DNA of 64,000 nt, taken from NCBI GenBank assembly GCA_030390025.1, contig CM059432.1:139812001-139876000 (forward strand), written 5' to 3'. This DNA comes from Squalus acanthias (lineage: Eukaryota). The notes below the pieces were generated by a model that saw only the letters and a list, made by a program, of their open reading frames with translations, did not search any database and was not told the DNA's origin. The position numbers were made by a program, and so were the translations under genes. Below, piece by piece: positions 51,301 to 63,802 of this stretch (positions are counted from its first letter, which is position 1; each line of letters begins with the position of its first letter).

Positions 51301-53519
51301 TAAAATTCTTAGTGTAAACATTTACAGTGATTTGACAAAAAACTCATAGTAGAATATAATGCGTATAAAACCAAGATAAATAATACATCCAAATTTAATC
51401 CAGGTTTTCTAAAGTGAAGGAAAACCCAGCACGAATTTAATTGGTAATCCAATACCTCCTGGCACATGAATTGATTCGGGGACAGCAAACAGTGTAAACA
51501 CTAGATGGGTACATTAAGCGCAGATCATCCTAATCAGAAGTAAATGCATGCTTGCAGATGTAGATACAGTAGTTACATGTAACACACCAGAAAATCCCAA
51601 ATGAAATGTTCACATACATTTGTTCATAACTAGACACTTGAGCAGCAAAAATTATATTTAATAACTAAAATTAAATTTTTGTATAACATATTTAATATTT
51701 AGAACATTTTAGTTCCCCATGTCACAAAATGCACATTTTGTCCAGATATTATAAAAGTATATTTTAGCTACATTTGGGCCTATTGTGAACAGCACAAATA
51801 TTCCTACTGCTAAACACCAGATTTTGCTGTAGTTCACCATTATAAACAAGACTAGAAAGAGAAAATGTTATTTAAACTTGTATCAGATTTAAGTAACCTT
51901 CGATTTCCCCCCCCAGATTAGAACTCCCCTGGATCACCTTATCACCCATAGGGTTAGTCATCTTTCTTCTTTTAAAATCAAAAAAGTAGATATGGAAAAA
52001 ACATAGCAGCATGTCCAGGTTCTTTGTGTGGGTCTTAATGTTATACCTATCCTCATCGACCACTTATTTGAAACCTTTTAATTTCAATTAATATCCTTCA
52101 TTCAGTCTCTTAGCAAAAGGGATCGTCTGGTTAAAACATATGGAAATGCATTCCAGCCCCAAAGCTTTAGCAGCATATTTAATGAAGGATCCTCACTTTC
52201 AACGTCAGTGCTAAATGCTTACTTTTAAAAATATAAATGTTTAATTTAACACAGCTGAAAATAGCCATCCTGTCAGCCTTTGTACTCCTCCATGTCCAGG
52301 TATAAATATAGTGTGGTCATCAATATATTTCATCCATTCCTGTCTAACAACAGAGTAACTGAGGCTGGGAGATGTGCAACTGTTGCTCCCCATGCTGGTT
52401 CAGTTCCAAGGTGACAGGCCTCTTGCAAACTCAACCAAGGATCACAGCATATTTTTTTAATTATTTTTTTTTTGTTAAAAACATACAGTACTTTTTCTTA
52501 AAAGCAGCAGAATTTAATTTTGGCAGAACTACACCTTAAAATGGCCAAGAAAACACAGTAAATTCAAAATTGATATATTTACACTCAATGCACCCTGCAC
52601 TTGAGTTGAAGTGCACTGCCAAAACATGGGGTGGTAGGGAAGCTCCATAAAGACCTGCTCTGCAGATGGGGGTAGTGATCTGATACAAGTTTTTATTCTG
52701 CATAATCAACATGACATGATCTTACAATATTTTGTTCTAGTCTACTGTTCATTATTTATGTTTTGTGTAACTATTGTTGTATAACATAATTTTGAGTTGC
52801 TAAAAGCTTGTGACCAAGCAAGCAGGATAAAGCAATATTACTATAGGGTTCATATAGTCCATATGGTTTGGAAATTATTTTTACATATTCAGAAAACAAC
52901 AATCTGTACATACCAAGTCTCACTGTTGTTATGAAGACCCATTGTTTTCATAAAGGACTCAGTATTTTCTGAACTGTTTGTGCGCCCACTCTTGAAAATA
53001 AATACCTTTCTCTCTGTTTTAGTGTTCTCTAAAACCAATCTTGTAAAACAAGGAGATTGGCATCTCAAAAACTGCTCAGTTCTCTGAGCAGAACCATGCC
53101 AAAGGCCCCGCAACAAGCTTTAAAGACACTAGATCTCCTCATGTTCAGTAACCCATATGTACTTGTACATTTTAGGATTCAATGGTAATGGTTTCAGAAA
53201 AGCCCCCTGTGTTACATAGGTGACTGGCTATTGCAAACATGTGAACGTATGATATGGGCGAGAAAAGACAGTATGACTACAATCAGATCTTTAAACATGG
53301 AACTTAATCTCATTTACTGAACTCAACCGTAATTGTCTTGATCTTTACGGCAATGCTGAGGTAAATAAGTGAGAATGAAAGTACTGGTTTTGATTTTTGG
53401 GAGGGTATGGAGGAAGGGAGGGTTTTTAGATGCCACCCAATAAGTACAGTTAAAGGAGGGGTGAGGCGCTGTCTCTTTAAACTGAAGTTTGGGGAATTTA
53501 AATCCCAGGCAAGAAGCAA

Positions 53520-54600
53520 ACAAAAGCCAAACGGGAACTAACTGCTCCGACCCCCCGCACACCTTTTGAAGTTTCCGTCTCCTTTCAAAGCCAGGTGGGA
53601 CTTTCGCCAAAAAAAAGACCGGACACCCAACTCAAATCGTTGACCAATCGAGGCCTTCGATTTCATTTCCAGATTAGATTAAGATTATTTATTTAAAACC
53701 AAAAAAAACAAGATCAGGCCGCAGCAAACGGCCTCCATCTCCGAATCCGAGTGCAAGGAGCAGCAGCAGCAGCATCATTCCCCCCACCCACACCACCCCG
53801 CCATCCCCAGTCCGACCAAGATCGCGCATTTCCTGCTCACAATACGGTAAACAGGCATCGGCACCATTTGCATATCTCCAAAACACACACACACACACAC
53901 TGCCTTACACTTTTTTCCACAAATAAATCGCCAGCTGACAATCCTTTCAAACAACCGAAATGATCTGAGAGGGGAGGGTAAAAAAAAACACTTTTTAAAA
54001 CAACATCTGACAACGGTATCGCCCGTGTCGAGATCGGAGCCGTGGACGCCATGTTTCGCCCTACTTACGACATGGGCAATCGGAGACATGTTTAAGTTGA
54101 TTTTATTCCTCACTCGCTGTGTGTGTGTGTGTGTGTGTGGTGCGGTAGGCGAGCTCGATCTGAAGAGGATCATGATGTGTGTTTTTTCTCTGCGGGAGGA
54201 GGGGAGGGGAGATGAGATGAGGGGAGGAGGGGGGGGTTAAAGTTTCTTACCTGGTCTGCTGTGGGATCCTGAGGCGAGAGAACGCGTCGCCGTGTAACTC
54301 TTTCTTGACTACAATGAATCGAACGCGAAAATGCAGCAAAATCGGAAAAAGAGGCAGAAGAAAGCCTCGGACGGGGGGGAGATACGCCGAAGCACATGAT
54401 CGCGAACGTCAGCAGCACTATTTGCATACGATACGAGAAGCCTCTTTCAACGACTTTTTTCTTGTCTGGGAGAATTTGTTCTGATTTTGGTTCCCCCCCC
54501 ACCCTCTCTCTCTCTCTCTCTCTCGCGAAGTTGTTGTGAAGCGAAGGCGATCCTGATGAACCTTGGTCCAAAAGCTGGGATCTGTCTTTCTCTCCCTCTT
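53520..54600 (-). promoter_or_regulatory. CpG island with probable minus-strand first exon ending at 54251
   Basis: High CpG density in unique sequence; donor CAG|gtaaga; octamer ATTTGCAT at 54420, ACGTCA half-CRE, TCTCGCGA near 54521; (CA)n, (TG)n and (CT)n microsatellites. Confidence 0.65.
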
Positions 54601-55303
54601 GAGAGTGAACTGTTGATACTGACCACGTGTCCTTAATACTGCTGGCGGTGTTTAAAAAAAATATAACAGATTTCAACAAGCTTCACAACCAGCAACAGTT
54701 ACATCAAACCTGTGATACACTTCTTATCCCGTGACAATTTTATTCTCCGATCGATGGCCTACAATAAGATAATACTTTCAATGGCATGTTTGCATTTAAT
54801 TCACCTGTAATTGCATTTTTTATCCATTTCATATCTACACATCAGATTTTTTAATATTTTGAAATAAATACGTGTGTGTGTGTATAATAATACAACAATC
54901 ACGGTACGGGTGCAATAATAGTTTTGATGCAACTAAATTTGTTAAAATGTTTTGTTAATCCTATCGGGCTATAGTTTGGTTTATCGAGTTATGCTAGTTC
55001 CACTCCCCCCCCCCCCCCTCCTCCCAGGTTTTGAACTAGCATTTGTACTGTGAAAAATAAGATGTTTCATTCAGATTTAAAATGCAGCTGAATTGGAAAA
55101 GATAAGTATTTGACATTTATAGCAAGTTTAATATGTGTGGTTTAAAACATAATAATGAGACCGTTAAATTTATTTCCCCTGGATGTGGCGGTCAGACGGA
55201 TGTTTTTATCTGCTTCAACATAAATAAAGAAAAACACCTGAAGATGTACTAACGTTTCCTATAGAATTCCAGTGACTAATTTGTGCCCGATGGGTGAACT
55301 TAC

Positions 55304-55429
55304 CAGTTCACTGAACTCCAAAAGCGAAGTGGCCTTTTATTCCTGCAGCTCTTCCTCACGTGCTTATTGAATCTGACATCAAGGCTTTCCGATGAAAGAT
55401 TGGAGTGAGATCTACGGCCGGGGAAAGCC
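55304..55429 (-). other. Candidate internal exon (126 nt)
   Basis: Acceptor tgtttgttctaactacag, donor CTG|gtaagt; a single open frame AFPGRRSHSNLSSESLDVRFNKHVRKSCRNKRPLRFWSSVN. Confidence 0.4.
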
Positions 55430-56074
55430 CTGTAGTTAGAACAAACACACAGGGGATTCCGTATGACGGAGAGGAAATGACACACATCAACTCCAAACAG
55501 CAGGCGTGCTGCCCCAAACGGTTTCATAGTGACACCCGCTGATCTTCTGTATCTGGTCAAGAGCACGGCACAATGAAAACATTTAAAGGGACATGATCTT
55601 TATTTTGGTAATCCAGTCTGTGTTAGAAATGTGCCCTTAGAAACTACTTAGACATACACACCATTCAGTACATTAACGACGTAGCATGATCTTTGTATAT
55701 TTTTCGGTTGCGTTTCAAAACGCTGCAACCAAACCTGGGTGGAAATGTTTTACCGCATTCAATGAATTTCACAAAGCAAAGACAAAAGTATATGTACGGC
55801 GTGAACAATGTTTTTATGGGCGAAATAACAGTGATAATGTAGCCTACTTTTCACAAGCCAGGTGAACCTTTTGCCAAGGGATTCGTTTTTATTCCCCCAC
55901 CCTTTTATTCTGCAATTTCCCCTCTGTTGGTGTTGACCTCTTGCTGTGGTATGACTCCACTGGTGCTGGTCGCCCCCCAGTATCTTGCCCAAGTTGCCAT
56001 TCATGACTGAGTATTTGCAAACTATTTTATCATGGGGGGGGGGGGGTGTGAAAGACAGCAGGACAGTTGATTGC

Positions 56075-56720
56075 AACCAACAACTTGCATTTATATATCA
56101 CCTTTAATGTAGTATAACGTCCCAAGGCGCTTCACAGGAGCATTAGCAAACAAAAGTTGACACCGAGCCATATAAGGAGATATGACGGGACCAAAAGCTT
56201 GGTCAAAGAGGTAGGTTTTAAGGAGTGTCTTAAAAGAAGTAGAGAGGTGGAGAGGGTTAGGGGGGGAATTCCAGAACTTAAAGCCTAGACAACTGAAGGC
56301 ATGGCCACCAATGGAGAGGCGGAGGAATTCGGGGATGCACAAGAGGCCAGAATTGGAGAAACGCAGAGTTCTCATAGGGCTGGAGGAGGTTACAGAGATA
56401 GGGACAGGCGAGGCCATGGAGGGATTTGAACACAAGGATGAGAATTTTAAAATCGAGATGTTGCCGGACTGGGAGCCAATGAGGTCAGCAAGCACAGGGG
56501 CGATGTGTGAACGGGACTCGATGCGAGTTAGGATACGGATAGCAGATTTTTATGAGCTCAGCTTTATGGAGTGGAAGATGGGAGGCCGGGCAGGAGAGCG
56601 TTGGAATAGTATAGTCTAGGTAACAAAAGCATGGATGAGGGTTTCAACAGCAGATGGGCTGAGGCAGGGGTGGAGATGGGTGATGTTACGGAGGTGGAAG
56701 TAGGTGGTCTTGGTGATGGA
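56075..56720 (-). mobile_element. L2 LINE 3' fragment
   Basis: SIGGHAFSCLG..WNS..FKTLLKTYLF and L2 3'UTR. Confidence 0.88.
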
Positions 56721-56890
56721 ATGGATATGAATCCTCACCGATATCCCCACATGAGCACTGCCAACAGAGGTCACTGTGTGCTAATTTAGAGTGGGAATTC
56801 TGGATGATTTCCCCCCAAACCAGGGATGCTGAAACCAATCCTACTGGCATCTTGCAGTAGATAAGGTAACTCAGCACAAACCAGATCAAA

Positions 56891-58660
56891 CATATAAGAA
56901 CATAAGAATTAGCAGGAGTAGGCCATATGGCCCCTCGAGTCTGCTCCGCCATTCAATAAGATCATGGCTGAACTTCAACCTCAGCTAAACTTTCCTGCCT
57001 GATCCCCGAATCCCTTGATTCCCCTAGAGTCCAAAAATCTATCTACCTCAGTCTTGAATATACTCAACGACTGAGCATCCACAGCCCTTTGGGGTAGAGA
57101 ATTCTAAAGATTCACAACCTTCTGAGTGAACAAATTCCTCCTCATCTCAGTCCTAAATGGCCGACCCCTTATCCTGAGACTATGACCCCTAGTTCTAGAC
57201 TCTCCAGCCAGGGGAAACAAGTTCTCAGCATCTATCCTGTCAACCCCCCTCAGAATCTTATGTTTCAATGAGATCACCTCTCATTTTTCTAAACTCCAGA
57301 GAGTATAGGCCCAATCTACTCAATCTCTCCTCATAGGACAACGCTCTCATCCCAGGAATCAATCTAGTGAACCTTTGTTGCACCGTCTCTAAGGCAAGTA
57401 TATCCTTCCTTAGATAAGGAGCCCAAAACTGCACAGTACTCCAGGTGTGGTCTCACCAAAGCCCTGTACAATTGTAGCAAGACTTCCTTACTCTTGTACT
57501 CCAACCTGCTTGCAATAAAGGCCAACATGCCATTTGCCTTCCTACTTGCTTGCTGTACCTGCATGCTAACTCTGTGTTTCTTGTACTAGGACACCTAAAT
57601 CTCTTTGAACACCAACATTTAATAGTTTCTCACCATTTAAAAAATATTCTGTTTTCCTATTCTTCCTACCAAAGTGAATAACCTCACATTTCCCCACATT
57701 ATACTCCATCTGCCACATTTTACCCACTCACTTAACCTGTCCATATCCCTTTGCAGGCTCTGTGTCCTCCTCACAGCTTACGTTCTCACCTAGATTTGTA
57801 TCATCAGCAAACTTGGATACATTGGGCTGGATTTTGATACTGGGGCGGGTTGGGGTCGTGTCATCCGCATTTCGTGTTATCCACCCGACTGCATTTGGTT
57901 GTGGGAGATTGATGCAATTTTCACTTAATTGGGCAATTGAGTTCCAGCATGTAGGAACCCATGAACTAATTAGTGGTTTCAGTCTGAAAGTCGCCTCTGA
58001 TGATGTCATCATTGCTGCAGCATTGCAGGTCAGGTCAGAGACTGCCTGGCTTTTGGTGTGAGGACCTGGATGCAAAATGAGCAGCATCTCAGAGAGAGAG
58101 AAAGAGAGAGAGAGAATTTTTTTTCCATCCAGGTCCTCTCACAGCAAAAGCCAGGCAGTCTCTGAAGACATTCAATGCAGCAGCATCAGAGGCGACTTTC
58201 AGATCTAATACTACTACTACCTTCATCACATCTCTGTTGTAATAGTGGACCTGCAGCTGATGGTCAGCTATCCACTTGTGCTCCCGCCAGGTTTCACTGG
58301 CGTGTTTCACATTGGGCGTGCTTCACGTCGGAAAAGGGTTAAACTAGCTAAAACGTTTCAAAATGGCATTACAGAGCCAATTTAGGGCTTGTTAAGGGCT
58401 TTAATGGCCTCTCCCGCCTCTTGGAGGTGGGACAGAGTCGGGAACACCGCACACGATTTTATCAAAATTGCGTGGAGGCGGGATGGGGTCGGGACCCCCG
58501 AATCTGCAACTTTAACCCCCCACACGCCTCCAAACCCGACTCCACGGGTCATTGAAAATCCAGCCCATTATATTCGGTCCCTTCATCTAACTCATTAATA
58601 TAGATTGTAAATAGCTCAGGGCCAAGCACTGATCCTTGCGGCACCCCACTAGTTACAGTC
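56891..58660 (-). mobile_element. 5'-truncated CR1 LINE interrupted by a MITE
   Basis: [28 protein letters not shown]; colinear with 18598-19620. Confidence 0.92.
57824..58566. mobile_element. Harbinger-type MITE (743 bp) with ATT TSD
   Basis: TIR GGGCTGGATTTT / AAAATCCAGCCC; the TSD is supported by the uninterrupted CR1 copy near 19513 (ACTTGGATACATTACACTC). Confidence 0.92.
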
Positions 58661-58888
58661 TGCACGGTCCAGATGCTCACTCACTGTCTTAACTAGTTGA
58701 ACCATTAGAGGAGCTCAAAAAGACTTGATATTTTGATATTTTTCCTGTTGTATAGACCTCACAATTGTCATTTGTAAATTTTCTGTCTGCTTGCTGCAGA
58801 ACATTTGGGAATTGTTTAACAAGAGCAGGATGAAAACTACAACTACCACAATACACACACAGAGTATCCAAAGTACTGGAAGCCCACC

Positions 58889-59032
58889 ATATAGAACATA
58901 GAAAAATAGGAGCAGGAGTAGGCCATTCGGCCCTTTGAGCCTGCTCCGCCATTCAATATGATCATGGCTGATCCTCTATCTCAATACCATATTCCCGCTC
59001 TCTCCCCATACCCCTTGATGCCTTTTGTGTCC
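58889..59032 (-). mobile_element. CR1 3'-end fragment
   Basis: CATAGAA repeat tail and the CR1 3'UTR. Confidence 0.85.
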
Positions 59033-59123
59033 AAGACACGGATTAAATTTCTAACTCAAGCCCCATGTCTTAAATTTAATCATGGGCCTGTAGGGAGAAC
59101 ATCTTGCAGCCATTTCTAATAAT

Positions 59124-59867
59124 GGGCCGAAAATTGATCCCGGGACGCGAGAGTACGCACTGCATACTCTCGCGTATTCCCACTCCAATTGCCGGTTTTC
59201 TGCATGCCCTGCGCATGCGCTGAAAACCGGCAATTGCTCTTCCGAAAAGGGGGCGGGGCCGGAGTGCATCGCGTGCGCGCTACAGGCTGCGCGCACGCTG
59301 TGCACTTCATGCTTTGGACACGCAGGTAAGTACTGAAGATTTTGGAAATGTAAAAAGGAGGAGTAAGACCCGCTTTTAAGAAGGTAAGTAGTGAATTAAG
59401 TATTTTTTTGAATTTTTTTTTACAGGTATATCTTTTTTATAGACTTTAAAGACAGGTAAGTTTATTTTTATAACTTTTTAAAAGATTTTAAATTTTTTCA
59501 AAAATTTAATTTTTTATTTAAAATGGTTAATTTAATTAACTATACTTATTTTATTAATGTGATGGGTTTTTTTTTAAATTTAATTGAGGTTTAGCTGTTA
59601 TTTTGGGGGGGTGTAAGATTCATAAGTCTCTCAGCCATGCTGTGAGACTTATGAATGGAAGATGGTGTGCTGCCATTGGCTCTAACTGAGTCACGTGATC
59701 CCACAGCTCGCACGAATTAACTACGCCGCTGGGATACGCAAGCCCAGCACAGCAGCTGTCCAGAACATCAATTTCGTGCGAGCTGGATCAGAAAAAGCAT
59801 AAGCGAGGTGAGACATCGCGGGAAAGGCTTACCCCCGCGGGAACAGAGCGAGATCAATTTCTGGGCC
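59124..59867. mobile_element. Harbinger-type MITE (744 bp) with AAT TSD
   Basis: TIRs GGGCCGAAAATTGATC / GATCAATTTCTGGGCC; AAT on both sides. Confidence 0.88.
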
Positions 59868-60214
59868 AATAAATGATCAATTTTATGGGTAAGTTTAATG
59901 ATTTTGTTCCAGAATTTTGTAACTTTTGTTAGAGTATAAATGTGATTTCTGGCCATGTTAATTTATAATAGATGGAAAATGGTGCACACCCATGGTTTCC
60001 CAATATGCGCACCTAGTGGGAGACCTCCTCCTGGGGTGTGCATTTGTAAAATCAGCTCTCATATATGAAATTTTCAAGAAAAGAAGCCCAACAAAGAAAC
60101 AAGAAAAGAAACACATAATTTCTTGATGATGCCCAAAAGTTCAGGATTTCAATTTAGCATTTTAATCCACATTATTCAACCTGATTAATTTATCCCTCCT
60201 TATACTACTCCTCT

Positions 60215-60780
60215 ATGGTGTTCGACAGGGTTGACCACTCTAGCCTGCTTTACTACCTCTCCTCCATCATCCACTTCTAGGGGACTGTCCTCACTTGGTT
60301 CCACTCCTGCCTGTTCCATCTCCAGCAATAGTTTCTTCTCCCAGATGGTCATCTCCGGAGTACCTCAAGGCTCTGTCCTTGGCTCCTCCTTATCCTCATT
60401 TACATATTCTGCTCCAGAGACATTATCCCCAGGCATGACACCCAGTTTAACTCTCCACCACCACCCTGGATTCCATGACTAACTGTTTTATCAGATGCCT
60501 ATCTAATTTCAAGTTGTAATAAGCCAGGAGATTTTCCAATTGAGCATTGGAAAAACTTAATACATTTATTTGGCTCCCACCAAAAATTTTGTGTCCTTGT
60601 CCCTGACTGCATCACCCTCCTCAGCTGCTTGGTCAGGCTGAATCAGACTGTGCACAGTTTAGGTGTCCTGTTTGAACTGGAGCCTGAGCTTCAATCCCTG
60701 TACCCTATCCGTTACCAGGACTGCTTACTTCCACCTCTGTAATATTACCTGCTTCTCTGCTTACTGCTCTGAAAGCTTGT
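60215..60780 (+). mobile_element. Old L2 RT fragment
   Basis: [20 protein letters not shown] and LGVLFE remnants. Confidence 0.75.
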
Positions 60781-61808
60781 AAAATTAAATAAATCTGTTG
60801 GACTATAACCTGGTGTTGTGCGACTTCTCATTTTTGTCCACCCCAGTCCAACGCCGGCATCTCCACATCATACTTCATCCCCATCATCACTGAAACCCTT
60901 ATCAATGTTTTTGTTATGTTAATTACTCTGAATGTCTTTGTGTATGCAAGGAGCTTTGAGGCAATGTAAGATTGTTTTGTATAACTCAATCTCTTTTTTC
61001 TCACCAATTTTCTTCTCTTCCCTTCTTTCCTTAAAGGGTTGATTCCTTGTTGGTGTATGGTTCCACAGGTGTCTGTCACCCTCTGGTACATTCACCAAAT
61101 GCCATTATTCACGTGAGCTTTGACGTGGAGTGTCGACAGGCTATTTGATTGCAGGGACACACCCGATGTCCACACATTCACACTTCCAATAAGGGTCACC
61201 GAGTAGCAATCAGGAGTGGGAACCCCGGATGTTTTTCCTGTCCCTAACTCAAGGGCACAGATTTTAATTGTAGCACTTCTAACACTGCTCCAGCCAAGAT
61301 TAGTTCACTCAGTATAGCAAGGAATCAAACATGGTACCTTCCTGGTCGCTATAGCTTAGCTGCTCACTACATTAATATGCAGATGTATTGAAAGAACTGC
61401 CAATCCCTTTCCTAAAGTGTGGCCAGATAGACCATGAGTTAAAGAGTTCTTTTGCCTTGAAGGAGTGTTATCGATGGTGATGAGCAGTTTTCCTCGCTGT
61501 TTCCAAATGTAGGGGAGGTGACTTCTAGAGTTGCAGCTGCATCACAGACTGAGACTTTCATGGGTATTGTTTATCCTATAAAAAAGGAGAAAAACACTTT
61601 TCTGTACAATGGAAAGGTTCATACAGCATTCCCACAAGACATCCACCAATTTTATAGGGTACATGAGAAGTTTAAATGAAACTAGCACTCAGCAAAGCAA
61701 AGAAGTCTAGTTACCATTTTGCATGACAACTTACCACTCATGGTGAACGAGGCAAAGATAGAAATGGAGTGTAGCTTTGCACCACAAAAAAGTGAACTGG
61801 ATATTACT

Positions 61809-62172
61809 CTTCTTCTTAGGCAGTCCCTCGGAAATGAGGATGACTTGCTTCCACACTAAAAATGAGTTCTCAGGTGACTGATGAGTCCAATGCGGGACCT
61901 ACAGTCTCTGTCACAGGTGGGGCAGATGGTGGTTGGAGGGGCGGGTGGGTGGGGTGCTTGGGTTGACGTGCGCTCCTTGCGCTGCCTGTGCTTGGCTTCT
62001 GCTTGCTCCCGCCGAAGAGACTCGAGGTGTTCGGCGCCTTCCCGGATGCTTCTCCTCCACTTTGTGCGGTCTTGGGCCAGGGATTCCCAGGTGTCGGTGG
62101 GGATGTTGCACTTTTTCAAGGAGGCTTTGAGGGTGTCCTTGAAGCGCTTCCTCTGCCCACCTGGGTTCTTTA
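61809..62172 (-). mobile_element. RTE-clade LINE 3' fragment with 10-bp TSD
   Basis: ORF 61856-62119 WESLAQDRTKWR..CPTCDRDCRSRIGLISHLRTH; (AAG)n tail; TSD GGATATTACT at 61799-61808 and 62173-62182; close match to 40590-40930. Confidence 0.92.
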
Positions 62173-62936
62173 GGATATTACTACAACTGCAGCAATAATA
62201 ATTTAGATTTATATAGCATTAGTCACACAAAAGACCATTTCAGAGCATTTTACAAGAGAAGAAGTGGATACTGAGCAGGAAAAGGAGGAGTTTGAGAGGC
62301 GGGAAACAAATGCACAGTTGAAGGGATCTTTTCCAAGGGGCTTTTGAAGGCAGAGTGCAGGGGTTTAAAATTGGGCCATTAGTTATTTTTAGTCAATATT
62401 ATTTTAAGCATGGACTTGCAGATTGTTTTAAATCTCCCATTTTTCTTTCCTCGACAATAGTTGGCCTCTCCTCTCCTATGAGTGTTGACTCCTTGCTAGG
62501 ATACGGTTCCATGGGTGATGGCAATCCTCGAGCACCTCACCCAAAAGGGCATTATGCAAAGTACAGTTTTCACAGTGCGTGTTGGCAGTTAGTCAACTGC
62601 AGGGGGACATCACAGCCAAGCCTGATTCTATCCTTTTCTGACACCCACACATGTGCCAATTCAACATAGGTTTCTGTGTGATCAGGAATGGAAACCATAG
62701 ATTAATTTTTCCTCCCTAACCCAAGGTGCTGAGGCCAATTGTAGTGTCCCAAGTAGCATTATGGCTGAGATCAGGTACCTTAGTACAGACTCCAGATTGA
62801 ACCAGGGATCTTCCTGATCTCCATGGCTCAGATAGTCACTAGAAAAACTTGCTGGGCCATTTCAGGTGAGCTTAACCTCTCGATTTACTTTCTTTGTTGT
62901 CCTTCTTCAGAAGTAAATGGCTACCATCTTGAAAAT

Positions 62937-63034
62937 CTGCTAAACAAATTGTATTTAATAATGAGATGACCTGGGAATTTGAAATATTAAAATTCCCCAG
63001 TCATCTCATTATTGAATGCAGTTTGCTTCAGCAG
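62937..63034 (+). other. Long stem-loop (~98 nt)
   Basis: Arms TGTATTTAATAATGAGATGACCTGGGAATTT / AAATTCCCCAGTCATCTCATTATTGAATGCA, extended by CTGCT..CAAAT / GTTTG..AGCAG. Confidence 0.8.
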
Positions 63035-63802
63035 TGAGTCATGCAGCTAGCATTATAGTCTGGTTCATGACGTGATATAAACACATTCAAAATAATTAAA
63101 TATCCATTGAAATTCACTGTATGTCATAGTATGGAAATAAAATCAGTGCTTATTGCTTCAACGTCATACAGCAGCCTACAAGACAAGCAGTTACTTCGAT
63201 AAATCTACTGTATTCTATGTTCTTTTGATGCAGTAACACAGCATTTTATGACAGGGAATTGATGCACTAAGTTACAAAACACGATGATGAATTGTAACAG
63301 ATATTGATTTTTTTTATGTGTATTTAAATCGATATATAGAGCAAAAAGGTTTGTATTAACTCCCTGACCCACTTGTAAACTAAGCTACACTTAGTACTGA
63401 GATGGTCCAGTGAATTTAATAATGAATCCTGATTTCGGAGATTTTGGTCTGGATTTTCCTCACGTTGATTGACTTGCAGTGGGGCATCGTAAAACCCGCC
63501 AATGTGAAACTGCTGCAGTCTGCTTACTAAATAAAGTATTTTTTCCTTCATGTTTAATTTATTTTAGGCTTCTCTATATCATGCACGGACTTGATGGGCC
63601 GAATGGCCTCCTTCTGTGCCGTTATGACTCTATGACCTATGACTCTATGTACCTTTCCATGGCCAATGGGCTGGGTAAGCAACCTGATCTTGAACCATGT
63701 GACAGGAAGAGGAAGTATATATGGCCTAATAGATTAGGATATTGGATCTGGGTTTGAATTCAACTAAGACTGATGTAATAAGAGTCTTCTCTCCACTGGC
63801 CA

